This document shows, one piece after another, positions 32,401-41,300 of a stretch of 64,000 nucleotides of DNA. Origin of the DNA: Marinoscillum sp. (GTDB taxonomy: Bacteria; Bacteroidota; Bacteroidia; Cytophagales; Cyclobacteriaceae). Made by a program: the position numbers and the translations under genes. The stretch lies in the NCBI RefSeq assembly GCF_965229915.1, contig NZ_CBDDJZ010000001.1:4739171-4803170 (forward strand). Direction: 5' to 3'. The notes beneath the pieces were generated by a model. That model was not told the DNA's origin. It did not search any database and saw nothing but the letters and a program-made list of their open reading frames with translations. The stretch's first letter is position 1. Every line of letters begins with the position of its first letter.

Positions 32401-32715
32401 TACAAAGTCTGACTGTTCATCATTGTTGAGATCCATGGTATTAGAAAAACCAATGAGGCGTTGCTCGTGAGAATAAACAAGAAGCTCCTCTCCAAATCCA
32501 TTATTCGTTCTGAGTAAAACGTATAGCTCGTTGTTCTGCAGATGCAGCAGGTCGTTGATGCCGTCTTTGTTATAGTCGTAACTGAGCGCGTAATCACTAA
32601 AATAGTTGTTTTGAGAATCTCCTGTGTAAAATGGATCTTCTTGGTTGAACGAAAGCTGCGCTGTGGTGATCAGTGCAGTACATGTTGAGATGAGTAGAAA
32701 TAGTGCTTTTTTCAT
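29464..32715 (-). CDS. FG-GAP/VCBS repeat protein with T9SS sorting domain
   Basis: Repeated D.N.DG..D motifs, FN3/Ig-like segments, C-terminal LYPNPTSD...GQYLL. Confidence 0.9.
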   Translation of the reverse strand: MKKALFLLISTCTALITTAQLSFNQEDPFYTGDSQNNYFSDYALSYDYNKDGINDLLHLQNNELYVLLRTNNGFGEELLVYSHEQRLIGFSNTMDLNNDEQSDFVINTNSEILIFEGTSDGIEHSRTLSEINSRYVHLNDLDGDGDIDIVFNDSFEIYFVQGNGDGSFSSSTNLTEGIDEIGSVFDFQIVDIEGDQDEDIVFLDLNNSRIHLLKNLDFTFSLDKSVPAGNTTFGVADFNMDGIQDLVLYSPENSLEVHVDQGEIYELTHTYNSYNMYAIVPYDYNSDGRKDILISCKQSSLELLTSNGDGTFQEPEEISFEIPKFENPRFADFNSDGIPDIIGMGLNLNQIVFLPLYPQISSNEVYTTVGLRPVPASNNSCQLGDLDNDGFKDLVIFSVNGGIYVFYGNRDGFDSEYEVYESHEFTNSGYLLDINNDGYVDIISTYKSASGSFVGSEKHLNLQDRSFNPPSPYKYLTSDQHVYFNDFNKDGTLEIITAFDYNIAFLRNDDNYDEYYSTVINPNLVFNSIIEDIQIQDINGDDWDDLIVSIYNAPEVKIFLNNQAGGFNSPESVVLEDDQFATSLEVIDLDSDGVKELIVATLNETNFIFEVKIFRRNSISEGFSPSETFSVNGNYKIVDIISNDFDNDGDIDLFLNEFDNLVSSFILNKEEGLELSYPGLEPYGQNHVIAQDIDSDELTDFIRISMSGEFIHIVRNNTVVEPSSSTTEILDISQEDDVMTITMNELENSGRIVIIKAESEVDAYPVDGTFYASNANFGIGSDLGNNNYVVYQGDGSEFNISGLNTLTDYYLSVFEYNTDAPNNQIINYLTSDFASTEFVLLDSQEISTTGIQDYLVSDESFTVSLTSNSDLPVEISLISGPVILDNNVFTITGTGEVVIQASQAGNKYYFPFERTYSLFINKEEQILSFENQSDIPYETGSFEILITATSGEAVALELISGPIELNGTTASIIGSGTVVISATQEGNQFYLPVTANFEFEILEVLGVSEIGSYVLYPNPTSDRLLFNHSIKDYRLRIVDMQGVMHELKVDSNYSINIENLKSGQYLLIMTNQKESTRIKIIKR

Positions 32716-33097
32716 TATGAGCGTTAGGTGTTAAAGCAGCTAATATATCTCCGTTTTGTTATTTCAATACTTTTTATTGACAGAAATTTCTCAACATTTT
32801 TTTCTGCTTTAATTGGTAGAATATGAGCATCCAACTGTTTAGATAATCTCAGTAATATTAGGTTCTAATAAACCGCATCGTTTTGTCCTTTTATTTCATT
32901 TTGTAAGGAATTGACTAAAACACTTTGGGATCGTAATACATGTTTTTTGTTAGCAAATTGATTCTTAGGTGGATATTAGAATACTCACGTTTTTTTTGTA
33001 GAAACTCATCTCCTTTTCCAATGAAAATCGCTGTAAACCAAGTCTTCAATGAAAGTGAAATAGCTGCAAATTAGACAATTGCTAGATGCTTAGAGAG

Positions 33098-33328
33098 TTA
33101 TTCGCTTACACCAGTGTTAATGAACTGACTGTTTTTTGATTCTCTGGCTAAAAAATCCTTCTCATGCTTTCGAAGTTCCAGTACTTCCAGTTTCATCTCC
33201 AGAAAGTGTTTTTGTAGATTCTCGTATGTGAGGATTTTGATGATTGTGAAATAGGTCCAAATCCCGAAGATTAGTGATAACCCGTATGGAATCAGGAATT
33301 TACCTGTTAGTCCTCTGAAAATACTCAT
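33098..33328 (-). pseudogene. truncated N-terminal fragment of a membrane sensor (MCP/kinase-type four-helix-bundle start)
   Basis: TM helix followed by LELRKHEKDFLAR; stops at TGVSE*; the downstream frame has another stop 8 codons later and no recognisable continuation. Confidence 0.5.
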
Positions 33329-33432
33329 AATGTCTTGCTGATAGGATGCTAAGTTTATGAGATGTAGTCGTATTCAAAGGCCATCCAATGTTATGATTGA
33401 ATTAAATTAGATGAATTGATGACATTCGTCGG

Positions 33433-33861
33433 TTAAGAAAAAATTTGATTGAGATGGTGTTGTAAATGGTCAAAGTAATCCTCTGCGAGGTATTGGTAGG
33501 TGTACTTTTCACCATCAATGATCACTGGTTTATCACTGTGCTGGTCAAGTGACTGATCCAGTACATTGAGCAGCGAAAGATTCAGTGCATACCAGAGTTG
33601 GAGGGTTTCTTCCCATGATTGATTTTGATAGCCACGCACCGCCACCCACATCTCCTGGTCATACTTCTCTATGACGTAAGGTTCACTTGATTGCTGGAGA
33701 TGCATGAATCGATAGTAATTATTAATGCAGGAATCACACAGATGACCTAGGATCTCCTTTTTACTCCATTTGTTGCTATTCAGTTTGAGGCTGACTTTCG
33801 ATTCATCCAGCTTTTTCAGGTGATCATAAGCGTCATTAACCAGGGTGAAATATGCAATCAT
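33433..33861 (-). CDS. DinB family protein
   Basis: KWSKKEILGHLCDS, Y.QE.WV and DYFDHLQHHL motifs. Confidence 0.88.
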   Translation of the reverse strand: MIAYFTLVNDAYDHLKKLDESKVSLKLNSNKWSKKEILGHLCDSCINNYYRFMHLQQSSEPYVIEKYDQEMWVAVRGYQNQSWEETLQLWYALNLSLLNVLDQSLDQHSDKPVIIDGEKYTYQYLAEDYFDHLQHHLNQIFS

Positions 33862-33871
33862 AAGAGGTCAG

Positions 33872-34600
33872 TTAGCGTAAATACCCCACACGAAGAAGGG
33901 TAGGAAAAGTTACAACTTTTGAGCCTTGCCAGTAGTGTAATAGCTTGGATTTTAAATCAGCTAGTCTACTAATTTTTTCTTCTTTGGACATTTTGCGAAA
34001 AGCAGACCAGGTCTGGAGGTACGCCATGCAGTGCTCAATAGACCATTCCGTACGGTATGAGAAAGCCGGTGTTGATAGTTCCTCGAAAGGAAAAGGAATG
34101 GACTGATAGTCGAGATCAATGTGTTTGCGCTCTGGTTCCCAAAAAGGCCCGAGTTGTGTATAAAACCGATCTATTGCTTCATCAATGAAGGGCTCAACTC
34201 TCAACAGCCCATAACCGGTAAGTACCACCAGGCCGCTTCGCTTTAAGACTCGCCGTACCTCATTATAGTAGGTGTCAAAATCAAACCAGTGCGCGGCTTG
34301 TGCTGCGATAACCATGTGGAAGGATTGATTCGGAAAATTGGTGTGTTCTGCACGCTGTTTGGTGTAGTGCACATTGGCATAGGTAGGAGCCATGTCCAAT
34401 TGTGGCTGACTGATATCAGTAGCATGTATGAAATGGAAGTGAGGAGCAAGGAGCCGAGTCATTTGGCCACTGCCAGCGCCACATTCCCAGATGATAGCCG
34501 ACTCTGGAACCAGCGTCCGGATATAGTTTATCAAATCAGTAGGATAAGACGGACGAAAGCTTGCATAATCTGAGGAGTCTTCTGAAAACAGGTCTTTCAT
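33872..34600 (-). CDS. class I SAM-dependent methyltransferase
   Basis: FS..S.DYA.FRPSYP, WECGAGSGQ, AQAAHWFD. Confidence 0.9.
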   Translation of the reverse strand: MKDLFSEDSSDYASFRPSYPTDLINYIRTLVPESAIIWECGAGSGQMTRLLAPHFHFIHATDISQPQLDMAPTYANVHYTKQRAEHTNFPNQSFHMVIAAQAAHWFDFDTYYNEVRRVLKRSGLVVLTGYGLLRVEPFIDEAIDRFYTQLGPFWEPERKHIDLDYQSIPFPFEELSTPAFSYRTEWSIEHCMAYLQTWSAFRKMSKEEKISRLADLKSKLLHYWQGSKVVTFPTLLRVGYLR

Positions 34601-35217
34601 TTGGCTTGTCTTCTCATGAAAAATAGCGTTCTATCTTCTGTTTGCTGCCATTCGTGATACACCTCAAATCCATAACGCTCGTAAACACGTCTATTTTTTT
34701 GGACGGAGGTTTCCAGATAAATCGGTAATTTCTTTTTTTCAGATAAGTCGAAAATTGCTTGTTTCAGCTCAAAAGCAGATCGTTTCTGTCTGCCAGCTTC
34801 TGAAGCACCGAAAAACCAGAAATACAGAAACGAGCCATCTTGCGGGCGGTACTTTTTGATGTATTGTTCTCGTTTCATAACCGAGGCTACATTCCTTAAT
34901 CCTACGCAGTAGATCACTAAAAGTGCCTGATTCCAAAGATCCCTGAGACCTTCTTTTTTCAATCCATAAAAATAGCAGATGGCTACAGCCTTTCGGTCAG
35001 TTGATAGCCATACTCCCTCACGGACGATCGCTGTATCAAATGCGTATCGAGCAAGGGCTCGCAGACTTCCTGGTTTTCGTGGGTTGATCACTGAGACGAC
35101 ACTTGGGTTATCAGCAAATGACTCTTCGATGATCTTGACAACATGTGCCCGGTCTTCACGTTGTGCTAGGTGAACCATGTATGAAAATTGCTTCGTTTTC
35201 CGAATATATCCAACCAT
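34597..35217 (-). CDS. GNAT-family N-acetyltransferase
   Basis: YFWFFG...GRQ and PIYLETS..KN..VYERYGF; the start may be ATG 35178. Confidence 0.8.
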   Translation of the reverse strand: MVGYIRKTKQFSYMVHLAQREDRAHVVKIIEESFADNPSVVSVINPRKPGSLRALARYAFDTAIVREGVWLSTDRKAVAICYFYGLKKEGLRDLWNQALLVIYCVGLRNVASVMKREQYIKKYRPQDGSFLYFWFFGASEAGRQKRSAFELKQAIFDLSEKKKLPIYLETSVQKNRRVYERYGFEVYHEWQQTEDRTLFFMRRQAK

Positions 35218-35265
35218 GGCTGGATGATATGTGTCTAACGTAGCAAATACTCAATACAGATTTCT

Positions 35266-35604
35266 ATGATACGAATTCTTGCCTTAGTGCTTCTGTCATT
35301 TATGGGATGTGAGAAAGATTCTACTACCCCTTGCGTGGAAGCCCCTTTTGAAGCCTATGAATGGCTTTCAGACATGAGGGATGACCTGAAGAAATCTGAC
35401 ACTCCAGCATCCATTATACAATACACCTACAAGAATGAGTGTGTCTACCTGGTCAACGGCTGTGGGGGGTGCCCTGATGCCATGTCAATGGTTTACAATT
35501 CGGATGGAAAGGAGATTTGTAAGTTTGGAGGAATTGTAGGATTTAATACTTGTCCCGACTTCAGTGAGCAGGCAACAAATGAAAAAGTACTATATGAGCA
35601 ATAA
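35266..35604 (+). CDS. small Cys-containing lipoprotein (DUF6970-like)
   Basis: Lipobox FMGC; C..CPD..S.VY...G.EIC..GGI.G.NTCPDF. Confidence 0.75.
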   Translation: MIRILALVLLSFMGCEKDSTTPCVEAPFEAYEWLSDMRDDLKKSDTPASIIQYTYKNECVYLVNGCGGCPDAMSMVYNSDGKEICKFGGIVGFNTCPDFSEQATNEKVLYEQ

Positions 35605-35632
35605 TGAATTAGGTTGGTAATTTTTTAGACTG

Positions 35633-35663
35633 AAAGGACCGGTGATTACTCCCGGTCTTTTTT
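35633..35663 (+). terminator. intrinsic terminator
   Basis: AAAGGACCGG-TGATTACTC-CCGGTCTTTTTT. Confidence 0.8.
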
Positions 35664-35784
35664 ATTTCAGACAATGTAACAATCTAATGGGTGCAGGTCA
35701 AGACTTCATGCTCAGCGACTTGACATCAGCATAGAATAGAGGTACCTCTTAAGAATTGAGCGGTTATTTTTTTGTGAAGGAGGC

Positions 35785-35798
35785 CTGATATAAATCAG
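35785..35798. promoter_or_regulatory. FNR/CRP-type palindrome upstream of the cbb3 operon
   Basis: CTGAT-ATAA-ATCAG has the TTGAT-N4-ATCAA geometry; it lies about 45 nt upstream of a TAATCTTG (-7-like) element at 35843-35850. Confidence 0.6.
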
Positions 35799-35861
35799 AT
35801 TTTTTCATGAAACCCCTCATAAAAACACGCTCAGGAGCCACGTAATCTTGCTGTTACAATT

Positions 35862-36038
35862 ATGAGTGTAATCATTATCTTAATCGGATTCAGCCTAGTA
35901 GTAGCCTCTGGTTTTCTCTTCGCATTCATCTGGGCTACCCGCAACGGGCAGTTTGAGGATGACTACACTCCCTCAGTGAGAATTCTATTCGATGACGAAC
36001 CTAAACAATCTCAGAATGTCAACAGAGACAATGACTAA
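35862..36038 (+). CDS. ccoS: cbb3-type cytochrome oxidase assembly protein CcoS (58 aa, below the ORF-track cutoff)
   Basis: Translated by hand: MSVIIILIGFSLVVASGFLFAFIWATRNGQFEDDYTPSVRILFDDEPKQSQNVNRDND; the W..R.GQFED..TP..RILFDD motif is characteristic. Confidence 0.93.
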   Translation: MSVIIILIGFSLVVASGFLFAFIWATRNGQFEDDYTPSVRILFDDEPKQSQNVNRDND

Positions 36039-38193
36039 GAAAGAGAGCCAGTCGCCAGCAGCTGATGGCGCTCTTGACACCTTTTACTACGACAACTCAA
36101 TCGTCAGACTTTTCCTGATTGCCACTACCATTTTTGGAGTGGTGGGTATGTCAGTAGGCTTGTTAGCGGCTTGTCAGTTTTTCTGGCCAGACCTCAACTT
36201 CGGAATTCAGTTCACCACATTTGGGCGGATAAGACCACTGCACACCAATGCAGTGATTTTTGCATTTGTGGGTAATGGTATTTTTGCCGGAGTTTATTAT
36301 TCACTCCAGCGCCTGTGTAAGGCACGAATGTTTAGTGATCTACTAAGCAAAATCCACTTCTGGGGGTGGCAATTGATCATTCTTTCAGCAGCGATTACGT
36401 TACCATTGGGGTTGACTTCTGGTAAAGAGTATGCTGAGCTAGAGTGGCCTATTGACATTGCCATCGCTTTGATCTGGGTGGTTTTTGGTATCAACATGTT
36501 TGGGACTATTCTCAAAAGGAGAGAGCGACATTTGTATGTAGCTATCTGGTTTTTTATTGCCACTTTCGTGACGGTAGCCATGCTGCACATCGTGAACTCT
36601 TTCGAGTTGCCAATTTCATTTTTCAAAAGTTACTCATGGTACGCAGGTGTACAAGATGCGCTCGTACAGTGGTGGTACGGTCACAATGCTGTGGCATTCT
36701 TCCTCACCACTCCATACCTGGGGTTGATGTATTATTTCATCCCGAAAGCGGCCAACAGACCTGTATATTCATATCGACTATCGATTGTTCACTTCTGGGC
36801 ATTGATCTTCATCTACATTTGGGCAGGACCTCACCACTTGTTGTATAATTCACTTCCAAACTGGGCTCAGTCCTTAGGAACTGTGTTTTCGGTCATGCTG
36901 ATCGCTCCATCATGGGGTGGGATGCTCAACGGATTATTGACATTGAGAGGCGCTTGGGATCGAGTACGTGAAGATCCGATTCTAAAATTCATGGTGGTAG
37001 CAGTGACCTGTTATGGTATGTCCACCTTCGAAGGACCAATGTTGTCATTGAAAAACTTCAATGCCATAGCCCACTTTACTGACTGGATTGTGGCTCACGT
37101 ACACGTGGGTGGCCTTGGCTGGAATGGGTTTCTAACATTTGCTATGTTGTATTACCTGATTCCACGGCTTTATGGTACACAATTATTTTCCAAAAAGCTC
37201 GCCAACTTCCATTTCTGGATTGGTACACTGGGAATCATCTTTTACGCATTACCAATGTATTGGGCTGGTTTCGTTCAAAGTTTGATGTGGAAGCAGTTTG
37301 CCCCAGAAGGAACCTTGGTTTACAGTAATTTCCTGGAAACAGTCACACAGATCCTGCCAATGTATCAACTAAGAGCATTTGGGGGTGCATTGTACCTGAC
37401 AGGAGTATTGGTAATGGTTTATAACCTCATCAAAACAGCCGGTGCGGGAAGTTTCATCAAGGAAACCAAAGCAGAAGCCGCTCCTTTAGCCAAAGATTAC
37501 AAACCAGCAGCATCAGAGCACTGGCACAGAAGAATATTCGAATGGAGACCAGTTAACCTATTGGTTTGGAGTTTAATAGCAGTGGCTATTGGAGGGGTGA
37601 TTGAAATCGTTCCTACCTTCCTGGTGAAGTCCAATGTGCCGACTATTTCTAGTGTGGAACCTTACACTCCGCTGGAGCTCAACGGTCGAGATATCTATGT
37701 GCGAGAGGGTTGCTATACCTGTCACTCTCAGATGGTAAGGCCTTTCCGATCCGAAACTGAGCGATACGGTGAATATGCCAAAGCTGGGGAGTTTGTATAC
37801 GATCACCCGTTCCAGTGGGGATCTAAGCGAACTGGTCCGGATCTATTGCGAGTGGGTGGTAAATATCCTCACAGCTGGCATTATTATCACATGCTTGATC
37901 CGACGAGTATGTCACCAGGATCGATCATGCCACCTTATCCATGGTTGTTTGAACAAAACTGGGATAAGGAAATGACCCCAGCAAAAATTGAGGCTATGCA
38001 GACTCTTGGTGTCCCTTATGCAGAAGATTATGCTGAACAAGCAGTGGCTGATGCCGAAGCGCAAGCTGCTCAGATTACAGCGGATCTTGAATCACAAGGT
38101 ATCAAAGTAGTCCCTGAAAAAGAGATCGTAGCGCTGATTGCCTACCTGCAACGCCTCGGTACCGATATCAAAAAAGTGGACGCAGAAAACTAA
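36016..38193 (+). CDS. ccoN: cbb3-type cytochrome c oxidase fused subunits I/II (CcoN-CcoO)
   Basis: GRIRPLHTN, QWWYGHNAV, WAGPHHL and HVHVG; C-terminal EGCYTCHSQMVRP and GSKRTGPDL. Confidence 0.97.
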   Translation: MSTETMTKKESQSPAADGALDTFYYDNSIVRLFLIATTIFGVVGMSVGLLAACQFFWPDLNFGIQFTTFGRIRPLHTNAVIFAFVGNGIFAGVYYSLQRLCKARMFSDLLSKIHFWGWQLIILSAAITLPLGLTSGKEYAELEWPIDIAIALIWVVFGINMFGTILKRRERHLYVAIWFFIATFVTVAMLHIVNSFELPISFFKSYSWYAGVQDALVQWWYGHNAVAFFLTTPYLGLMYYFIPKAANRPVYSYRLSIVHFWALIFIYIWAGPHHLLYNSLPNWAQSLGTVFSVMLIAPSWGGMLNGLLTLRGAWDRVREDPILKFMVVAVTCYGMSTFEGPMLSLKNFNAIAHFTDWIVAHVHVGGLGWNGFLTFAMLYYLIPRLYGTQLFSKKLANFHFWIGTLGIIFYALPMYWAGFVQSLMWKQFAPEGTLVYSNFLETVTQILPMYQLRAFGGALYLTGVLVMVYNLIKTAGAGSFIKETKAEAAPLAKDYKPAASEHWHRRIFEWRPVNLLVWSLIAVAIGGVIEIVPTFLVKSNVPTISSVEPYTPLELNGRDIYVREGCYTCHSQMVRPFRSETERYGEYAKAGEFVYDHPFQWGSKRTGPDLLRVGGKYPHSWHYYHMLDPTSMSPGSIMPPYPWLFEQNWDKEMTPAKIEAMQTLGVPYAEDYAEQAVADAEAQAAQITADLESQGIKVVPEKEIVALIAYLQRLGTDIKKVDAEN

Positions 38194-38200
38194 GAAAGTC

Positions 38201-38392
38201 ATGCTCAAATTCGTAAAACATCATATGGATACCATTGCGGGAATAGAAGTATTCCCGCTGATCTCCTTGGTTATATTCTTTGCTTTTTTCGTGGGATTGT
38301 TCATTTACATCGCTCGCGCTGATAAGAAGCAAATCAATGAAATCTCAAGAATTCCTTTAGACTCAAATGCTGACAATCATGAACTTACCTAA
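38201..38392 (+). CDS. ccoQ: cbb3 oxidase subunit CcoQ/FixQ
   Basis: MLKFVKHHMDTIAGIEVFPLISLVIFFAFF...IPL; located between ccoNO and ccoP. Confidence 0.88.
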   Translation: MLKFVKHHMDTIAGIEVFPLISLVIFFAFFVGLFIYIARADKKQINEISRIPLDSNADNHELT

Positions 38393-39332
38393 GATAATAA
38401 CATCACTAATGGTACTGGCTTTGCCGGGATTAACCTTTGCTCAGGAAGGATCAGATGTAGGAGCTTTGTACGCCCAATATCAACTGGAAATTGTGGTGGG
38501 AGTGGCTGCAGTGGTGGCCACACTAGCTCTGGTAGCCCTGATAACGGCGCTTTATGCCATGAAGGCAATGGCCAGAGGAAGAGTGGCTGAGGAGGAGAGT
38601 TCGTTGATTTCTGTAAAACCGGGAGAAGAGGGTGTTGGATTCTGGAGACGTCTCTGGAACCGACTGAATGATTCAGTGCCGGTGGCACAAGAAGAGACCG
38701 TGCTAACAGATCACGCTTACGATGGCATTCGTGAGCTGGATAACCGACTACCTCCTTGGTGGCTTTGGGGATTTTACATCACAATCATCTTTGGAGTAGT
38801 ATATCTGATCAACTATCACGTGCTGGATACTGGCAAGCTGCAAGAAGACGAATACCTAGCAGAAATGGAAAAAGCAGAAGCTGAAGTGCAGGCATATCTG
38901 GCCTCAATGGATAATCTGATTGATGAAAACTCGGTAACCTTCACAGGAGAGGAAGTAGATCTGCTGGCTGGCAAAGAACTGTTTATATCCAAGTGTGCTG
39001 CCTGCCATGGACAGAATGGAGAAGGTGGTGTTGGGCCGAACCTGACAGACAAGTATTGGCTGCACGGCGGTGATATCCAATCGATTTTCAAGACCGTGAA
39101 GTATGGTGTGCCATCTAAAGGTATGATCTCCTGGGAGTCACAACTGGTACCAAAAGAAATGCAGCAGGTTTCCAGTTACATCTACACACTGGAGGGCACA
39201 GACCCTGCTAATCAAAAAGAAGCTCAGGGAGAACTCTTTGAACGAGAGGAGGCATCTACAGAATCTGAGGAGTCAACAGAATCTGAGGAGTCAACAGAAG
39301 AAGATGGCCAGCTTATAGAGGCTGGCATGTAA
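38379..39332 (+). CDS. ccoP: cbb3 oxidase subunit III CcoP (monoheme)
   Basis: DHAYDGIRELDNRLPPWW, CAACHG, GVGPNLTD.YWLHGG. Confidence 0.95.
   Translation: MNLPKIITSLMVLALPGLTFAQEGSDVGALYAQYQLEIVVGVAAVVATLALVALITALYAMKAMARGRVAEEESSLISVKPGEEGVGFWRRLWNRLNDSVPVAQEETVLTDHAYDGIRELDNRLPPWWLWGFYITIIFGVVYLINYHVLDTGKLQEDEYLAEMEKAEAEVQAYLASMDNLIDENSVTFTGEEVDLLAGKELFISKCAACHGQNGEGGVGPNLTDKYWLHGGDIQSIFKTVKYGVPSKGMISWESQLVPKEMQQVSSYIYTLEGTDPANQKEAQGELFEREEASTESEESTESEESTEEDGQLIEAGM
39258..39299 (+). repeat. in-frame 18-bp tandem repeat in the ccoP tail
   Basis: ACAGAATCTGAGGAGTCA x2 plus ACAGAA, encoding TESEES-TESEES-TE. Confidence 0.9.
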
Positions 39333-39344
39333 ACAACCTAAATA

Positions 39345-40769
39345 ATGGAACCTACCATCACCGAAATTTATGATGAAAAAGAGGAGCAGTCATATCGTGA
39401 TCATCTAGCAACTGTAGATGATACCGGAAAGCGGGTTTGGCTGTATCCCAAGAAACCAAGCGGTAGATTCACCAACTGGAGACAGTTGGTGAGTTACCTG
39501 CTTCTAGGTATTCTGCTTACAGGACCTTTCATCAAGATAGGTGGAGAGCCTTTGCTGCTCTTTGATATCGTGGATCGGCAGTTTGTCTTATTCGGGCAAG
39601 TATTTTGGCCTCAAGACTTTCATTTAGCAGTGATTGGGATGATTACTTCTGTAGTGTTTATCATCCTGTTTACTGTAGTATATGGTCGCATATTTTGTGG
39701 ATGGATTTGTCCTCAGACCATTTTCATGGAGCACGTCTTTCGTCGAGTCGAATTCTGGATTGAAGGAGACTACATGAAACAGAAAAAACTGGATAAACAG
39801 GAATGGAACTCAGAGAAGATCTGGAAGAAATCTACTAAGCATACCATTTTCATACTGATCTCCGCGGTGATCATGCACACTTTTGTGGCCTATATCGTTG
39901 GTGTGGAAGATCTCTGGACTATGATTTCTAAAGGTCCAGCTGAAGAACCCTTTGCTTTTATTGCAATAGTGGTATTTACCGGATTGTTTTATGGGGTATT
40001 CAGCAAAATGCGTGAGCAAGTATGCACTACTATTTGCCCATACGGCCGTTTGCAGGGAGTGCTTCTGGACCGTCAGAGTATAGTGGTAGCTTATGATCAT
40101 GTGCGTGGTGAAGAGCGTGGCAAGTTTCGCAAGGGTGAGGATCGAGAAGAAAAAGGACTTGGAGACTGCATAGACTGTCATCAATGTGTGTATGTATGTC
40201 CTACTGGTATAGATATCAGAAATGGTACACAGCTAGAGTGTGTCAACTGTACAGCTTGCATTGACGCATGTGATTCCATTATGGACAGGATTGGCAAACC
40301 TAGAGGGCTGGTTCGCTACGCTTCTGAGGAAAACATCGCCGATGGCAAAGCATGGAGGTTTACGGGTAGGATGAAGGGCTATACTGCGGTGTTGGTCGTG
40401 TTAGTCGGTGTGCTGGCTACCTTGCTGACTCTGCGGTCAGATGTGGAGACCACCATACTTAGAACTCCTGGAATGATGTATCAGGAGCGACCAGATGGTA
40501 CCATCACCAATCTCTATCAACTAAAAATGGTGAACAAAACTACTGAGGACCTACCTATCGAGCTAAAGCTTGAAGAGAGTGAAGGCTCGTTGGAGATGGT
40601 AGGTGATAATCTGCTTTTGCAGAAACAAGGACTTGGAGAAGGGGCATTCTTCATAGTAATGGATCCGGACAATCTGGAGAAAATGAGTACTGATATTGAA
40701 ATTGGAGTCTACTCTTCTGGAGAACTCATCGAAACAGTAAACACCAGGTTTTTAGGACCTGCAAAATAA
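39345..40769 (+). CDS. ccoG: cytochrome c oxidase accessory protein CcoG
   Basis: GRIFCGWICPQT, CTTICPYGRLQ, DCIDCHQCVYVCPTGIDIRNG.Q.ECVNCTACIDAC. Confidence 0.96.
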   Translation: MEPTITEIYDEKEEQSYRDHLATVDDTGKRVWLYPKKPSGRFTNWRQLVSYLLLGILLTGPFIKIGGEPLLLFDIVDRQFVLFGQVFWPQDFHLAVIGMITSVVFIILFTVVYGRIFCGWICPQTIFMEHVFRRVEFWIEGDYMKQKKLDKQEWNSEKIWKKSTKHTIFILISAVIMHTFVAYIVGVEDLWTMISKGPAEEPFAFIAIVVFTGLFYGVFSKMREQVCTTICPYGRLQGVLLDRQSIVVAYDHVRGEERGKFRKGEDREEKGLGDCIDCHQCVYVCPTGIDIRNGTQLECVNCTACIDACDSIMDRIGKPRGLVRYASEENIADGKAWRFTGRMKGYTAVLVVLVGVLATLLTLRSDVETTILRTPGMMYQERPDGTITNLYQLKMVNKTTEDLPIELKLEESEGSLEMVGDNLLLQKQGLGEGAFFIVMDPDNLEKMSTDIEIGVYSSGELIETVNTRFLGPAK

Positions 40770-40774
40770 GATAT

Positions 40775-40836
40775 ACCTCCGAGGCTCTGATCCGGGCTTT
40801 TAACTGCTGGTAGGTTCTCCCGGTAGCTTCGGAGGT
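40775..40836. other. intra-operon stem-loop between ccoG and fixH
   Basis: ACCTCCGAGGCT (40775-40786) pairs with AGCTTCGGAGGT (40825-40836), with one G-U; inner CCGGG/CCCGG pair. Confidence 0.65.
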
Positions 40837-40865
40837 TGCTTTGAAACTTTAAACAAATAGAAAAC

Positions 40866-41300
40866 ATGAAACTAAATTGGGGACATGGCATTGTGATCGC
40901 ATTCGTGCTATTTTGCTCATTTGTGGTAACCATTGTGGTCAAGGCTTTTCAGGAAGACTTTGACCTGGTATCTGAAACCTACTATCAAGACGAGTTGGCC
41001 TATCAAGACCGAATAGATAGTAAAACAAACTTAAAGGAATCCGGGGAAAGGCTGGCTTTCAGCCAGAATGATTCACAGGTAGTGGTCACATTCCCAGAAT
41101 CATTTCAGGCCGCTAGCGGGAAGGTGAAGTTTTACTACCCATCCAAAGCTCTATTTGATAAGGAATATGAGATCAGTCTGACTGGAAATCAGCAGAGCTT
41201 CGATAAATCTGAGCTGGCTAAAGGCCGGTACAAAATCCAGGTCACCTGGGATATTAGCAACCAGCAGTATTATCAGGAAAAAGAATTCTTTGTGAAGTGA
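40866..41300 (+). CDS. fixH: FixH/CcoH family protein
   Basis: MKLNWGHGIVIAF, DLVSETYYQDELAYQ. Confidence 0.9.
   Translation: MKLNWGHGIVIAFVLFCSFVVTIVVKAFQEDFDLVSETYYQDELAYQDRIDSKTNLKESGERLAFSQNDSQVVVTFPESFQAASGKVKFYYPSKALFDKEYEISLTGNQQSFDKSELAKGRYKIQVTWDISNQQYYQEKEFFVK

Noticed and set aside
29464-32715. AT-rich FG-GAP gene as a mobile element
   Set aside because: It looks compositionally distinct, but no integrase, transposase, terminal repeats or target duplication are visible.
36016-38193. CcoN-CcoO fusion as unusual
   Set aside because: The fusion is the normal state in Bacteroidota.
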